Shown: positions 17,540-27,995, numbered from the stretch's first letter. The stretch is 63,235 nt of DNA from Candidatus Levyibacteriota bacterium (GCA_016217835.1 JACRFQ010000043.1:1-63235), one strand, 5' to 3'. The notes: a model not told the origin generated them from the letters alone. A program made the numbers and translations.

Positions 17540-18954
17540 TGAAAAAAATAAAAAGAATTCATTTTGTAGGCATCAAGGGTGTTGGTATGACACCTCTTGC
17601 AATTATTGCTAAAGAGGCAGGATTTATAGTAACCGGCAGCGATATTTCCGAAGAGTTTATTACAGATGAGTTACTTAAAAAAGCCGGTATAACAGCGTTT
17701 GTCGGTTTTGATGAAAAAAACGTAGAGGGAGTTGATTTGGTAATTACAACAGGAGCGCATGGAGGTTTTGATAATCTAGAAAACATTCAAGCAAAAAAAC
17801 TTGGAATCTCAATTTGGTCACAGGGGCAAGCCGTGGGTAAGTTTATGGATGGGTCGATAATGGAAAAAGTATTTGATGGAATTTCTGTTGCGGGATCTCA
17901 CGGTAAGACAACAACAACGGCAATGATTGCAACGATTCTTAAAGAAAATAAATTAGATCCTTCATTTTTAATTGGAACAGGTAATATTCCTTCGCTTGGT
18001 TCATCTGGTCATTATGGAAAAGGAAAATATTTTGTTGCAGAAGCTGATGAATATGCAACAGAGCCAAAATACGATAAAACTCCGAAATTTCTGTGGCAGC
18101 ATCCTAAAACTGGTGTTATAACCAATATTGAATTTGATCATCCTGATTTATATTCCTCAATAGATCAGCTAAGACATGAGTTCTTAAATTTTTCTAATAA
18201 TATTAGTGAAAACGGAATTTTGATAGCTTGTATTGATGACTTGGAAACTTCAAGGCTTTTGAATGACTATAAGGGTCATTTTATAACTTATGGATTTTCT
18301 AAGAATGCAGATTTTAATATAGATAGATTAAGCATAGAGCAGGATAGAATGTTTCTATGGGTAAACGCAAGGAATACATCTTTAGGTGAATTCGTTTTAA
18401 ACATTACAGGTGAACATAATGCCTTAAACGCGCTTGCAGCTATTGTCGTTTGTTTGGAGCTTGGTCTTTCTATAGAAAAAATAAAAACAGGACTAATGAA
18501 GTTTTACGGAACAAAAAGACGCTTTGAGTATATGGGAAAATTACTATCAGGAGCACTCTTATACGATGATTATGCTCACCATCCCACGGAAATAAGAAAA
18601 ACATTGACGGCATTTAAAAAAACTTTCCCAAATAAAAAAATTGTTTGTATTTTTCAGCCTCATACTTATTCTAGAACAAAAAGTTTGTTCGAACAATTTA
18701 TTGGTTCTTTTAGTGTTGCAGACGTTGTCTTGCTTGTTGATACGTATACTTCCTTACGGGAAGAGATAGATAATTCTGTTACCTCAAAGCTTCTTGCAGA
18801 TAATATTTCAAGAATTCATAAAGATGTTATATATACACCTAAAGGAGAAGATGTGATAGAATATCTCGATCAAAAAAGTTTTGGCAAAGATTACATAATA
18901 ATAACTATGGGAGCCGGTGATATCTATAAAATTTCGCTTCATTTAATAAATTAG
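17539..18954 (+). CDS. murC: UDP-N-acetylmuramate--L-alanine ligase
   Basis: The motifs are IHFVGIKGVGMTPLA (N-terminal Rossmann), GSHGKTTTT and DDYAHHPTEI. Confidence 0.92.
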   Translation: MKKIKRIHFVGIKGVGMTPLAIIAKEAGFIVTGSDISEEFITDELLKKAGITAFVGFDEKNVEGVDLVITTGAHGGFDNLENIQAKKLGISIWSQGQAVGKFMDGSIMEKVFDGISVAGSHGKTTTTAMIATILKENKLDPSFLIGTGNIPSLGSSGHYGKGKYFVAEADEYATEPKYDKTPKFLWQHPKTGVITNIEFDHPDLYSSIDQLRHEFLNFSNNISENGILIACIDDLETSRLLNDYKGHFITYGFSKNADFNIDRLSIEQDRMFLWVNARNTSLGEFVLNITGEHNALNALAAIVVCLELGLSIEKIKTGLMKFYGTKRRFEYMGKLLSGALLYDDYAHHPTEIRKTLTAFKKTFPNKKIVCIFQPHTYSRTKSLFEQFIGSFSVADVVLLVDTYTSLREEIDNSVTSKLLADNISRIHKDVIYTPKGEDVIEYLDQKSFGKDYIIITMGAGDIYKISLHLIN

Positions 18955-18957
18955 AAT

Positions 18958-20295
18958 ATGGAAAAATTAATAATAAAAGGCGGAAAAAAATTAAAAGGTG
19001 AAGTTTCTATTTTGGGCTCAAAAAATGTAGCTTTAAAAGTATTAGTGGCTGCTTGTTTAACATCCGATGAGGTTATTGTTGAAAATGTGCCGATAATCTC
19101 AGATTTTATGACAATGGTGCATATTATTGAACATTTAGGCGGAGAGGTTAAGCTTAGGGATCACACTGTTTCTATAAGATTAAAGAAGTTTTCAAGCGAA
19201 AAGATCTCTTTAATAGAGGCGGCAGAAATACGAACATCATATATGTTCTTAGCGCCTCTTTTGGCAAGAGTTGGTCAGGCAGTAATTCCTAATCCCGGTG
19301 GATGTAGGATTGGAGCAAGACCAATAGACAGAATCATCGATGGACTTAAAAAAATGGGGGTTAGGGTAAAATATGACAGTAATGACGGATATTTCCATGC
19401 AATATCTTCTAGGGGACTCAATGCAGTTACTTACAAATTCGAAAAAAACACTCATACAGGTACGGAAACCATGATTCTTGCAGCAGTTCTTGCAAAAGGA
19501 AAAACAATTTTAGAAAACGCAGCGCAGGAACCTGAAGTTGATGAATTAATAGGTTTATTAAACAGAATGGGTGCAAAAATTGTTAGAGAAAAAGACAGAA
19601 GAATAATTATAGAAGGTGTAGAAAAATTACATGGGGCAAGATTTAAAATAGTTCCTGACAGAAATGAGGTTGTAACATTTGCGGTTGCGGCAATAATCAC
19701 AGAAGGGGACATCTTTATTAAAGATATTAAAAAGCGGGGTATAGAGGAATTTTTAGAGCTTTTGAAAGAGTGCGGAGGGGGATTTGAAGAAAAATCAAAT
19801 GGGATAAGATTTTTTTATAAAGGTCCTCTTAGCGCAACCAGTGTTGTTACCGGCTTTTATCCGGGGTTTATGACTGATTGGCAGGGTCCGTGGGCAGTTT
19901 TAATGACAAAAGCAGACGGAGAATCCGTAATACACGAAACAGTTTATGAAAACCGGTTTACGTACTCAGAAGATTTAAAAAAATTAGGTGGACAAATTGA
20001 ATTATATAATCCTGTGGTTAAAAATCCTAATGATTTTTATAATTTTAATATAAAAGACGATAATGGAAAAAATTTTCATGCAGCCAAGATTCATGGACCG
20101 GTTAATCTTCATAATGGAATTGTTGACATGACTGATTTAAGAGCAGGAGCAACACTTGTTTTGGCAGCGCTAGCTGGTAGCGGTGAAAGCGTATTGTTTG
20201 GCGTTGAGCATTTAGATAGAGGATATGAGCAATTTGATAAAAGACTCAAAAGTTTAGGAGCAAGTATTAAAAGAGTTAAGGAAGAAAATATATGA
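18958..20295 (+). CDS. murA: UDP-N-acetylglucosamine 1-carboxyvinyltransferase
   Basis: The motifs are GSKNVALKVLVAA, the active-site Cys context NPGGCRIGARPID, and LRAGATLVLAALAG. Confidence 0.95.
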   Translation: MEKLIIKGGKKLKGEVSILGSKNVALKVLVAACLTSDEVIVENVPIISDFMTMVHIIEHLGGEVKLRDHTVSIRLKKFSSEKISLIEAAEIRTSYMFLAPLLARVGQAVIPNPGGCRIGARPIDRIIDGLKKMGVRVKYDSNDGYFHAISSRGLNAVTYKFEKNTHTGTETMILAAVLAKGKTILENAAQEPEVDELIGLLNRMGAKIVREKDRRIIIEGVEKLHGARFKIVPDRNEVVTFAVAAIITEGDIFIKDIKKRGIEEFLELLKECGGGFEEKSNGIRFFYKGPLSATSVVTGFYPGFMTDWQGPWAVLMTKADGESVIHETVYENRFTYSEDLKKLGGQIELYNPVVKNPNDFYNFNIKDDNGKNFHAAKIHGPVNLHNGIVDMTDLRAGATLVLAALAGSGESVLFGVEHLDRGYEQFDKRLKSLGASIKRVKEENI

Positions 20296-21035
20296 ATAAA
20301 AATCTTGGAGCGATTATTTTAGCGGCAGGTAAAGGAACAAGAATGAAATCTAAAGGCGTAAACAAGGTTGCTATGTATCTTGCAAGTAAGCCGATGATTT
20401 TACACACGGTTGAACTTTTGGAGAGCTTAAATATTAAAGACATAGTAGTTGTAGTTGGTTTTGCAAAAGAATCAGTAATAAATGTTCTTGAAAAAAGAGC
20501 GCAATTTGCTGAACAGAAAAAAAGACTTGGTACAGCGCATGCAGTTAAGATTGCTTTGCAAAAGCTTAACAATAAAACTAACGATGCCCTTGTTTTAAAT
20601 GGAGACGATTCTGCTTTTTATTCAAAAGATATTATTAATAAATTAATTAAGAAACATTTCGATGATAATTCGTTTTTTACATTTCTTACCATTGAAAAAG
20701 ATAACCCTTATGGACTTGGCAGAGTTGTCAGGAATAAAAACGGAAGGGTAAAAGCCGTGATTGAGGAAAAAGACGCCACCTCAAGGGAGAGGAGTATAAA
20801 CGAAGTTAATCCCGGTTGTTATGTTTTTAAAGTAGATTTTCTAAAGAAATACCTTCCGCTTGTCCAAAAAAGCCCAATAACCGGCGAATATTATCTAACA
20901 AGCCTTATTGGAATAGGAATTAAACATAATGAAAAAATTGAAACTCTTAAAGGCGGTAAGTTAATATGGAAAGGTGTAAACACAAAAGACGAGCTTTTGG
21001 AAGCCCAGGAACTAATTACTTCAGTGCCCCGTTAA
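20292..21035 (+). CDS. sugar-1-phosphate nucleotidyltransferase (GlmU N-terminal uridyltransferase-like, no acetyltransferase domain)
   Basis: The motifs are AIILAAGKGTRMKS and GTAHAV. At 247 aa it lacks a left-handed beta-helix C-terminal part. Confidence 0.8.
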   Translation: MNKNLGAIILAAGKGTRMKSKGVNKVAMYLASKPMILHTVELLESLNIKDIVVVVGFAKESVINVLEKRAQFAEQKKRLGTAHAVKIALQKLNNKTNDALVLNGDDSAFYSKDIINKLIKKHFDDNSFFTFLTIEKDNPYGLGRVVRNKNGRVKAVIEEKDATSRERSINEVNPGCYVFKVDFLKKYLPLVQKSPITGEYYLTSLIGIGIKHNEKIETLKGGKLIWKGVNTKDELLEAQELITSVPR

Positions 21036-21083
21036 TACAAGCTTCATTGAATAAACTCTTTAATAATAATATAATATCTGGAT

Positions 21084-22097
21084 ATGGATCAATTATTGGG
21101 CTTAACACTGCTCTCTCTTCTTGTTACGGCTTTATTGATAATTCCGTTTATAGATTTTCTTTATAAGGTAAAACTTAGAAGACAGGATCAAAAAACCGTA
21201 GATATATTTAATAAGCCAACACCTTATTTTGATAAATTTAATAAATGGAAAGTGGGGACTCCTTTTGGAGGCGGACTTTTAATAATAATAGTCGTAATTG
21301 TGGTTTTTCTTTGGTCGATAGGTCTATTAAGTGTTAAGGTAAACCCCTGGGAGCTTTTTATAATATTATTTACTTTTATAAGTTTTGGAATTTTAGGGTT
21401 GTATGATGACGCAAAAAAACTTGTTGATAGAGATAATAAATTGCCTTTTTTTGGACTTAGATTTAGATATAAATTCTTGCTCCAATGGATCCTAGCTTTT
21501 ATTCCGGCAACTCTTCTTTATTCAAAGCTTGGGTATAGTTTTCTTTTTATTAAAGGTTTTGGTTTAACAGATATCGGAATATTTTATATTCCTTTTGCCG
21601 CTTTTGTTATTGTTTCTTTTGTAAATGCATTCAATATTGCAGACGGATTAGACGGCTTAGCATCGGGACTTTTATTAATTGCTTTGGTTTCATTTTTGGC
21701 AATTTCTTATACTAACCTAGATCAGGGCTTAGCCATGTTTATTGCCATACTTATGGGAAGTATTGCTGCATTTTTATATTTCAATATTTATAAAGCAAGA
21801 ATTTGGTTAGGTGATGTTGGCTCAATGTCTTTAGGCGCATCACTTGCCGTAATTGGTTTATTGTCGGGCAAAACATTGGCAATGGCAGTTATTGGCGGAG
21901 TTTTTATTTTAGAAGTCGGTTCTTCGCTCTTGCAAATTTTTTGGAAAAAAGTATTTGGGAAAAAACTTTTTCCGGTTGCGCCGTTGCATCTTTATTTTCA
22001 AAAACGCGGATGGGATGAGCCAAAAATAGTTATGAGAGCTTGGCTAATAGGAGTTATATTTGCGGTCTTGGGTCTTTACATCGCTTTCATTAAATAA
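21084..22097 (+). CDS. mraY: phospho-N-acetylmuramoyl-pentapeptide transferase
   Basis: It is polytopic and carries NAFNIADGLDGLASG and GDVGSMSLGA. Confidence 0.93.
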   Translation: MDQLLGLTLLSLLVTALLIIPFIDFLYKVKLRRQDQKTVDIFNKPTPYFDKFNKWKVGTPFGGGLLIIIVVIVVFLWSIGLLSVKVNPWELFIILFTFISFGILGLYDDAKKLVDRDNKLPFFGLRFRYKFLLQWILAFIPATLLYSKLGYSFLFIKGFGLTDIGIFYIPFAAFVIVSFVNAFNIADGLDGLASGLLLIALVSFLAISYTNLDQGLAMFIAILMGSIAAFLYFNIYKARIWLGDVGSMSLGASLAVIGLLSGKTLAMAVIGGVFILEVGSSLLQIFWKKVFGKKLFPVAPLHLYFQKRGWDEPKIVMRAWLIGVIFAVLGLYIAFIK

Positions 22098-23170
22098 TGA
22101 AAAAAATTGATTTATTTTTGTTTTTTGCTGTAGCTTTTCTGACTTTTTTTGGCCTTTTTATGCTCTACGATGCTTCATCGTTTGTAGCGTTTAGAGATTT
22201 TATCGATAAATATCATTATGTTAAAGAACAAGTTTTCTGGATGTTTTTAGGTTTTGCCGCTTTATTTTTATTTTCTAAATTTGATTACCATAAGTTTTAT
22301 AATTTAGCCATCCCGATACTTATTGGTGCTGTTTTACTTCTTGTTTTGGTATTTATTCCAGGTATTGGAGTTAGTTTTCTCGGGGCGCATAGGTGGATAG
22401 ATATCGGTTTTATAACGCTGCAGCCGTCAGAATTGGTTAAGCTAGCGCTTGCCATATATCTGGCAGCATGGTTTTCGAGTAAAGAAAAGGGAAGGCTTTG
22501 GGCATTTTTGTTGCTTTTATCAGTAATATTGGTCTTAGTCATGGTAGAACCCGACATGGGTACGGCTGTAATTATTCTTTTGGAAGCAATCACGATTTAT
22601 TTTTTGTCGGGAGCAAGGCTACTGTATTTTGCGGCAATTCTTCCGGTAATTACCTTGGTGGGTTTAATATTGGTAAAATTAGAGCCATACAGAGCAGCAA
22701 GGCTTGCAACCTTTTTAAATATCAATCAAGATATTGGTTCATCTTCTTATCATGTAAGGCAGATATTAATTGCGTTAGGATCAGGGGGGTTAACAGGTGT
22801 TGGTTTTGGAAATTCTTTACAAAAGTATGCGTATCTTCCGGAAAATACAACAGACTCGATATTTGCAATTATTGCAGAGGAATTAGGATTTTTAGGAACA
22901 TGTTTTATTATTTTTGTTTACATATTTATTATCTGGAGAGGGTTTTATATAGCTATTAATGCCAAAGATACATTTGGAAAGCTTTTGGCAGGTGGAATTA
23001 CGACTTTTCTTGCAGGACAAGTTTTAATAAATTTATCAGCGCAAACAGCGCTTCTGCCCCTAACCGGAGTTCCACTTCCGTTTATTTCGTATGGAGGATC
23101 CGCTCTTATAATAAGTTTGTCTGCAATTGGTATACTCTTAAATATAGGAAAGCAGGGAAGAATAACATGA
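22097..23170 (+). CDS. ftsW: SEDS-family peptidoglycan polymerase FtsW
   Basis: The FtsW/RodA/SpoVE motifs are QPSELVKL, EPDMGTA, PENTTDSIFAIIAEELGF and PFISYGGSA. It is located between mraY and murG. Confidence 0.9.
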   Translation: MKKIDLFLFFAVAFLTFFGLFMLYDASSFVAFRDFIDKYHYVKEQVFWMFLGFAALFLFSKFDYHKFYNLAIPILIGAVLLLVLVFIPGIGVSFLGAHRWIDIGFITLQPSELVKLALAIYLAAWFSSKEKGRLWAFLLLLSVILVLVMVEPDMGTAVIILLEAITIYFLSGARLLYFAAILPVITLVGLILVKLEPYRAARLATFLNINQDIGSSSYHVRQILIALGSGGLTGVGFGNSLQKYAYLPENTTDSIFAIIAEELGFLGTCFIIFVYIFIIWRGFYIAINAKDTFGKLLAGGITTFLAGQVLINLSAQTALLPLTGVPLPFISYGGSALIISLSAIGILLNIGKQGRIT

Positions 23171-24264
23171 AGGTAGTTTTAGTAGGCGGACATTTATCGC
23201 CGGCTCTGGCGGTTTTAGAAAAATTAGAAAAACAAGATGTTTATTATATTGGCAGAAAACATTCTTTTGAAGGAGATGATGCGCTTTCTTTAGAGTACCA
23301 GGAAATACTAAAATTAGGTATTCCCTTTTTTGCATTAAAAACAGCAAGATTTCAAAGAAAATTTACAAGATACACCTTGGCATCATTTTTAAAAATGCCA
23401 ATTGGTTTTTATCAGGCGCTTAGAATTTTAAATAATATAAAACCCGATGTTGTTCTTTCCTTTGGTGGGTATTTATCGGTACCGGTTGGTTTAGCGGCAT
23501 CTGCTTTAAGAACTCCTCTTGTTTTGCACGAGCAAACATTTGAAATCGGATTTGCAAATAAAATACTTTCCCCGCTTGCTAAAAAAATTTGCATATCATT
23601 TGAATCTTCAAAAAAATTTTTCCCAAAAGGAAAAACTGTTTTAACGGGTAATCCGATAAAAAAAGATATTTTAAAATTACTGGATAGTAAAAAAATATCA
23701 AACAATTTGCCTTTAATTTATATTACAGGAGGGAGCAGTGGTTCACACGCAATTAATGAATTGGTAGCAAATTCTTTAGAAAAGCTTTTAGAAAAATATA
23801 CAATTTTTCATCAAACAGGTGATTCAAAAATTTATAATGATTTTGAAAAACTGACGTTAAGAAAAAATAATCTAAAAAAAGAAAAATCAAAAAACTATAC
23901 TTTGGTAAAATTTCTTATACCAAAAGACTCAGCTCTAATGTTATCAAAAGCAGATTTGGTCGTAGGTAGATCAGGAATAAATACAGTAACGGAGCTTATT
24001 TATTTAAAAAAACCGGCGCTACTTATACCACTTCCTTTTTCGCAAAAAAATGAACAATTTAAAAATGCGGGTTACATGAAAGAATTGGGACTCGCAGAAA
24101 TTATGGAGCAAAATTTAATAACCCCTGATTTATTTATCTCAAAAATTACTTTTATGTTTAAAAATATCAACAATTATAAATTAAGAAAAAAAGTAGTCTT
24201 TAAGAATTCAGCAGAAGATATAATTAATATTCTAAAAGATGTTTATACGCAAAAGACAGCTTAA
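23167..24264 (+). CDS. murG: UDP-GlcNAc:lipid I N-acetylglucosaminyltransferase
   Basis: The motifs GGHLSPALAV, GGSSGSHAINE and GRSGINTVTEL are present, and the dcw context fits. Confidence 0.9.
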   Translation: MKVVLVGGHLSPALAVLEKLEKQDVYYIGRKHSFEGDDALSLEYQEILKLGIPFFALKTARFQRKFTRYTLASFLKMPIGFYQALRILNNIKPDVVLSFGGYLSVPVGLAASALRTPLVLHEQTFEIGFANKILSPLAKKICISFESSKKFFPKGKTVLTGNPIKKDILKLLDSKKISNNLPLIYITGGSSGSHAINELVANSLEKLLEKYTIFHQTGDSKIYNDFEKLTLRKNNLKKEKSKNYTLVKFLIPKDSALMLSKADLVVGRSGINTVTELIYLKKPALLIPLPFSQKNEQFKNAGYMKELGLAEIMEQNLITPDLFISKITFMFKNINNYKLRKKVVFKNSAEDIINILKDVYTQKTA

Positions 24265-24655
24265 AAAAGAAAAAATTAAGTCCAGAACAAAAACTGCATT
24301 TATAATTATATTTTTTTTATCAGCAGCACTTATTTTAATAGAATATTTATTTTTAAATTTTTCTTTCGGAAGAACTACGTATATAAGTCCTGTTTCGAAA
24401 AATCAAACTTCAAATACAATTGCTTTGGAAAAAGAGCTTGAAAAGTCTAATATTTTATTTAAAACAATATCAAATGGTTCTGATGGGAGTTTAGTTGTAG
24501 AGCTTATGGATGGGAGTAATATTATTTTTTCGCAAAAGAAAGATATAAAAAATCAAATTTCCTCTTTACAACTCGTGCTTTCTAGGCTTACAATAGAAGG
24601 AAAGAAACTTAAAAGCTTGGATTTTAGGTTTAATAATCCTGTTGTTTCTTATTAG
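24239..24655 (+). CDS. ftsQ: short FtsQ/DivIB-like bitopic division protein
   Basis: It has an N-terminal TM helix (AFIIIFFLSAALILIEYLFL) and a small beta domain. The conserved slot between murG and ftsA supports the call, but the sequence itself is weakly diagnostic. Confidence 0.55.
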   Translation: MFIRKRQLKKEKIKSRTKTAFIIIFFLSAALILIEYLFLNFSFGRTTYISPVSKNQTSNTIALEKELEKSNILFKTISNGSDGSLVVELMDGSNIIFSQKKDIKNQISSLQLVLSRLTIEGKKLKSLDFRFNNPVVSY

Positions 24656-24658
24656 TTT

Positions 24659-25954
24659 ATGAACGAAGGAAAAATAGTTGTCGGAATAGATATAGGAACC
24701 TCAAAAATTGTTACACTTATTGCCAAAGTTGATGATCAGGTTAATGTATTGGGTGTTTCAGAAACTCCTGCTACAGGCATTAGAAAGGGTCAGATCGTTG
24801 ATATAGACGAAGCAGTGATTTCTATTAACAATTCCTTAGAAGCTGCAGAGCGTATGGCAGGTTACAGCGCATCTCATATAATTGCATCTATTGGCGGAAG
24901 TCATCTGGAGTCGCAAAATTCAAGAGGTGTAGTTGCGGTCGCAAGACCCGAAGGAGAAATTACCGAAAGCGATTTGGCAAGAGTTTTTGATGCGGCTAAG
25001 GCCGTTTCTCTTCCCTCAAGCAGGGAAATAATCCATGTTTTACCAAGGAGCTATATTGTTGATGGACAAGAAGGCATTAAAGACCCGATTGGTATGACAG
25101 GAGTAAGGCTTGAAGTTGATACTCATATAATTTCTGCAAATACTGTTTCTATCAAAAATATGGAAAAAGCGTTTTCTAATGTTGGAGTTGATTTAGACGC
25201 TGTTGTTTTTTCAGGATACGCAAGTTCTCTGGCAGTTCTATCGGATACAGAAAAAGAATTGGGAGTAGTTTTAGTAGATATAGGAGCGGGGACAACTGAT
25301 ATTTCAGTTTACGTTGACGGATCGGTTGCTTATTCATCGGTTATTCCAATTGGAGCAAAACATATTACTAATGATTTGGCGATTGGTTTAAGGATTTCTT
25401 TGGAATCCGCCGAAAAAATAAAATTATTTCTATCAAACCCTGTAAAAAAACAAGCAAGAATTTCAGAAGATGGGCAAGAAGAGCAGCATGAAGAAAAGCA
25501 AGCAGACGAAGTTGATTTGTCTTCGCTAAATCTTTCGGAAGAGTTAAAAAAAGTTTCTAAAAAAACATTAATAGATGGGATTATAAGACCCCGTCTTAAT
25601 GAGCTTTTTACAATGATTGGAATTGAAGTAAAAAAGAGCGGATTTGCAGGGCAAACTCCTTCGGGAATTGTCATAACAGGCGGAGGCGCTCATACAATTG
25701 GAGTTAGCGATGCTGCAAAAAGAATGCTTGCAATGCCGGTTAGGGTCGCAACACCTGCCAATATCAAAGGCATAATAGATGAAATTCAAGATCCTGCTTT
25801 TTCAACAGCTATTGGTCTAGCTGTCTATGGAGGAACGATTGAAACACAAAGTTCTTTACCTTTCGGATTTTCAATGCCGAAAGTCCCTGGTTTAAGAATT
25901 GACAATAAAATCTTTTCTAAAGCAATATCATTTATCAAATCATTTCTGCCTTAA
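24659..25954 (+). CDS. ftsA: cell division protein FtsA
   Basis: The actin-fold motifs are VGIDIGTSKIVTLIA, VDIGAGTTDISVY and ITGGGAH. Confidence 0.93.
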   Translation: MNEGKIVVGIDIGTSKIVTLIAKVDDQVNVLGVSETPATGIRKGQIVDIDEAVISINNSLEAAERMAGYSASHIIASIGGSHLESQNSRGVVAVARPEGEITESDLARVFDAAKAVSLPSSREIIHVLPRSYIVDGQEGIKDPIGMTGVRLEVDTHIISANTVSIKNMEKAFSNVGVDLDAVVFSGYASSLAVLSDTEKELGVVLVDIGAGTTDISVYVDGSVAYSSVIPIGAKHITNDLAIGLRISLESAEKIKLFLSNPVKKQARISEDGQEEQHEEKQADEVDLSSLNLSEELKKVSKKTLIDGIIRPRLNELFTMIGIEVKKSGFAGQTPSGIVITGGGAHTIGVSDAAKRMLAMPVRVATPANIKGIIDEIQDPAFSTAIGLAVYGGTIETQSSLPFGFSMPKVPGLRIDNKIFSKAISFIKSFLP

Positions 25955-26017
25955 ATTTATACTTGTCCCGATTAAATCGAGGGCTTGCAAAAGCTTTTTC
26001 TATTTGCTAGTATGCTT

Positions 26018-26026
26018 TGGTATATT
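26018..26026 (+). promoter_or_regulatory. extended -10 promoter TGgTATATT, 5 nt upstream of the ftsZ ATG (leaderless-type)
   Basis: TG at 26018-26019 and TATATT at 26021-26026, with the ATG at 26032. Confidence 0.45.
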
Positions 26027-26031
26027 GAGTT

Positions 26032-27153
26032 ATGTTAATTAAACCTCAAACAACAAATTTTGCAAAGATTAGAGTGATGGGTGTTGGTGGCGGTGGAGGA
26101 AATGCTCTTAATTCAATGATCTCTCAAAGTTCCATAGCAGGTGTTGATTTTATTGCTGTTAATACAGACGCGCAATCACTTCTTTTAAATCAAGCGGCAA
26201 CAAAATTCCAGCTTGGTGAGGATTTAACCAAGGGTCTTGGGTCAGGCGGAAATCCTGATATTGGAAAACAAGCTGCGGAAGAATCTTATGAAAAATTAAA
26301 AGAGTTAATTGATGGTACAGACATGCTGTTTTTAACCGCCGGAATGGGTGGGGGAACGGGATCAGGAGCAACTCCAATTATTGCAAAAGCAGCTAAAGAA
26401 GTAGGTACACTTACGGTTGCAGTTGTTACAAAACCTTTTGCATTCGAAGGAACCAGAAGAATGGTAACGGCAGAAGATGCGATAGAAGAACTTAAAGATA
26501 AAGTAGATACGCTGATTGTTATTCCAAATCAAAGAATTTTAGATGTGGTTGACAGAAAACTTTCACTTTTAGAAGCATTTAAGGTTGCAGATTCGGTTTT
26601 AACTCAAGGAGTCCAAGGGATTTCCGATTTGATTACACTTCCGGGGCTTATTAATGTTGACTTTGCAGATGTCAGGACAATTATGTCAAACGCCGGGTCT
26701 GCATTAATGGGAATTGGTACTGGTGTTGGGGAAAATAGAGCTCAAGCTGCCGCAAGAAGCGCTGTTGCCTCGCCGCTTTTGGAAATATCAATGCAGGGGG
26801 CAAGGGGAGTGCTGTTTAATATTATTGGAGGACCTGATTTAACAATGAACGAAGTAGATGAAGCGGCAAAAATCATTGCTTCGGAAGCAGATCCTGATGC
26901 AAATATAATTTTTGGAGCAACAATAGACGAAACAATGCATGATCAGATTAAGGTAACAGTTATTGCAACCGGCTTTGATTCAACCAGGCAAACATTAAAA
27001 GAATTTATGACGCCAACGGTTAATAGGGTTATGGAGCAAAGCAGGGAAGCTTTAGTTGTTTCTCCCGAACCGCCATTGCCAACAGAAGAGCCGATAGTTG
27101 AAGAAGAAGACGATACCTGGGACATCCCCGCCTTTCTACGTCAGAAGAACTAA
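26032..27153 (+). CDS. ftsZ: cell division GTPase FtsZ
   Basis: The motifs are GVGGGGGNA, the tubulin signature [13 protein letters not shown], and a C-terminal peptide DIPAFLRQ. Confidence 0.97.
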   Translation: MLIKPQTTNFAKIRVMGVGGGGGNALNSMISQSSIAGVDFIAVNTDAQSLLLNQAATKFQLGEDLTKGLGSGGNPDIGKQAAEESYEKLKELIDGTDMLFLTAGMGGGTGSGATPIIAKAAKEVGTLTVAVVTKPFAFEGTRRMVTAEDAIEELKDKVDTLIVIPNQRILDVVDRKLSLLEAFKVADSVLTQGVQGISDLITLPGLINVDFADVRTIMSNAGSALMGIGTGVGENRAQAAARSAVASPLLEISMQGARGVLFNIIGGPDLTMNEVDEAAKIIASEADPDANIIFGATIDETMHDQIKVTVIATGFDSTRQTLKEFMTPTVNRVMEQSREALVVSPEPPLPTEEPIVEEEDDTWDIPAFLRQKN

Positions 27154-27234
27154 TTCTATAATTCAATCCTCTTTGAGAACTTTCAGATTCTTAAATATCG
27201 TCGTTCATTGTTCCCCGGACAAATCATAATAAGT

Positions 27235-27276
27235 ATATTTTCAACCAGTTGAAAATATGCCGGTGATAAGTATCAC
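27235..27276. promoter_or_regulatory. two adjacent palindromes: ATATTTTCAAC-CA-GTTGAAAATAT (27235-27258) and GTGATA-AG-TATCAC (27263-27276)
   Basis: Read directly. They lie in the 200-nt gap between ftsZ and the hydrolase-CapA-ThpR-RtcB operon. No T-tract follows either one. Confidence 0.35.
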
Positions 27277-27353
27277 TGACATCTCCATCGTTTTACCATA
27301 TGTTTAGCTTGATATTATATTGAATAAAGTCCAAAGTCACGGGCCGTAAAATT

Positions 27354-27983
27354 ATGGAGAAATTAATAAAAATTAAAGTAAATGATATTTCTCTGGAAGG
27401 AATCCTAAATATTCCAAAAGGGGCAAGGGGAATTGTGCTTTTTGCCCACGGGAGCGGAAGCAGTAGGCTTTCGCCAAGAAATAGTTTTGTCGCAAAATTT
27501 CTACAAGACGGGAAGCTTGGAACACTTCTTATAGACCTATTAACCAGTAGGGAAGATGAAGTTTACGAGAATAGATTTGATATAAATCTACTCACAGAGA
27601 GATTAACCTTCATTATTAACTGGCTGCATAAACAAGAAGAAACGAAAAATTTTGCAATTGGGCTTTTTGGATCCAGCACCGGCGCGGCAGCGGCGATTAA
27701 GGCTGCTGCAGTTTTAGGATCAGAGATTAAAGGAGTTGTTTCCAGAGGTGGAAGACCGGATCTGGCACTCGATGTGATAGACAAGGTTGTTTCGCCTACT
27801 CTTCTTATTGTCGGCGGAAATGATTTTGGCGTCATTGGGTTGAATGAAGATGTATATAACCAACTTCGGTGCGAGAAAAAAATAGAAATTATTGAAAGAG
27901 CAACGCATTTATTTGAGGAACCGGGAACACTGGAAAAAGTTTCAGAATTTGCCACCGATTGGTTTAAGAAGTACTTGGTGTGA
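27354..27983 (+). CDS. alpha/beta hydrolase (dienelactone hydrolase-like)
   Basis: The motifs are FAHGSGSSRLSPRN, the nucleophile elbow GSSTG, and the C-terminal ATHLFEEPGTLE. Confidence 0.8.
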   Translation: MEKLIKIKVNDISLEGILNIPKGARGIVLFAHGSGSSRLSPRNSFVAKFLQDGKLGTLLIDLLTSREDEVYENRFDINLLTERLTFIINWLHKQEETKNFAIGLFGSSTGAAAAIKAAAVLGSEIKGVVSRGGRPDLALDVIDKVVSPTLLIVGGNDFGVIGLNEDVYNQLRCEKKIEIIERATHLFEEPGTLEKVSEFATDWFKKYLV

Positions 27984-27995
27984 AGGAGGCTTTTT

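Noticed and set aside
22498-22959. 153-aa alternative-frame ORF inside ftsW, and similar internal or antisense ORFs elsewhere (e.g. 32538-33044, 35400-35801, 28760-29212, 50731-51117, 60642-61109, 20276-20572, 6265-6582)
   Set aside because: Each lies wholly within, or antisense to, a gene with strong family signatures. None has a recognisable domain, a promoter-like box or independent support.
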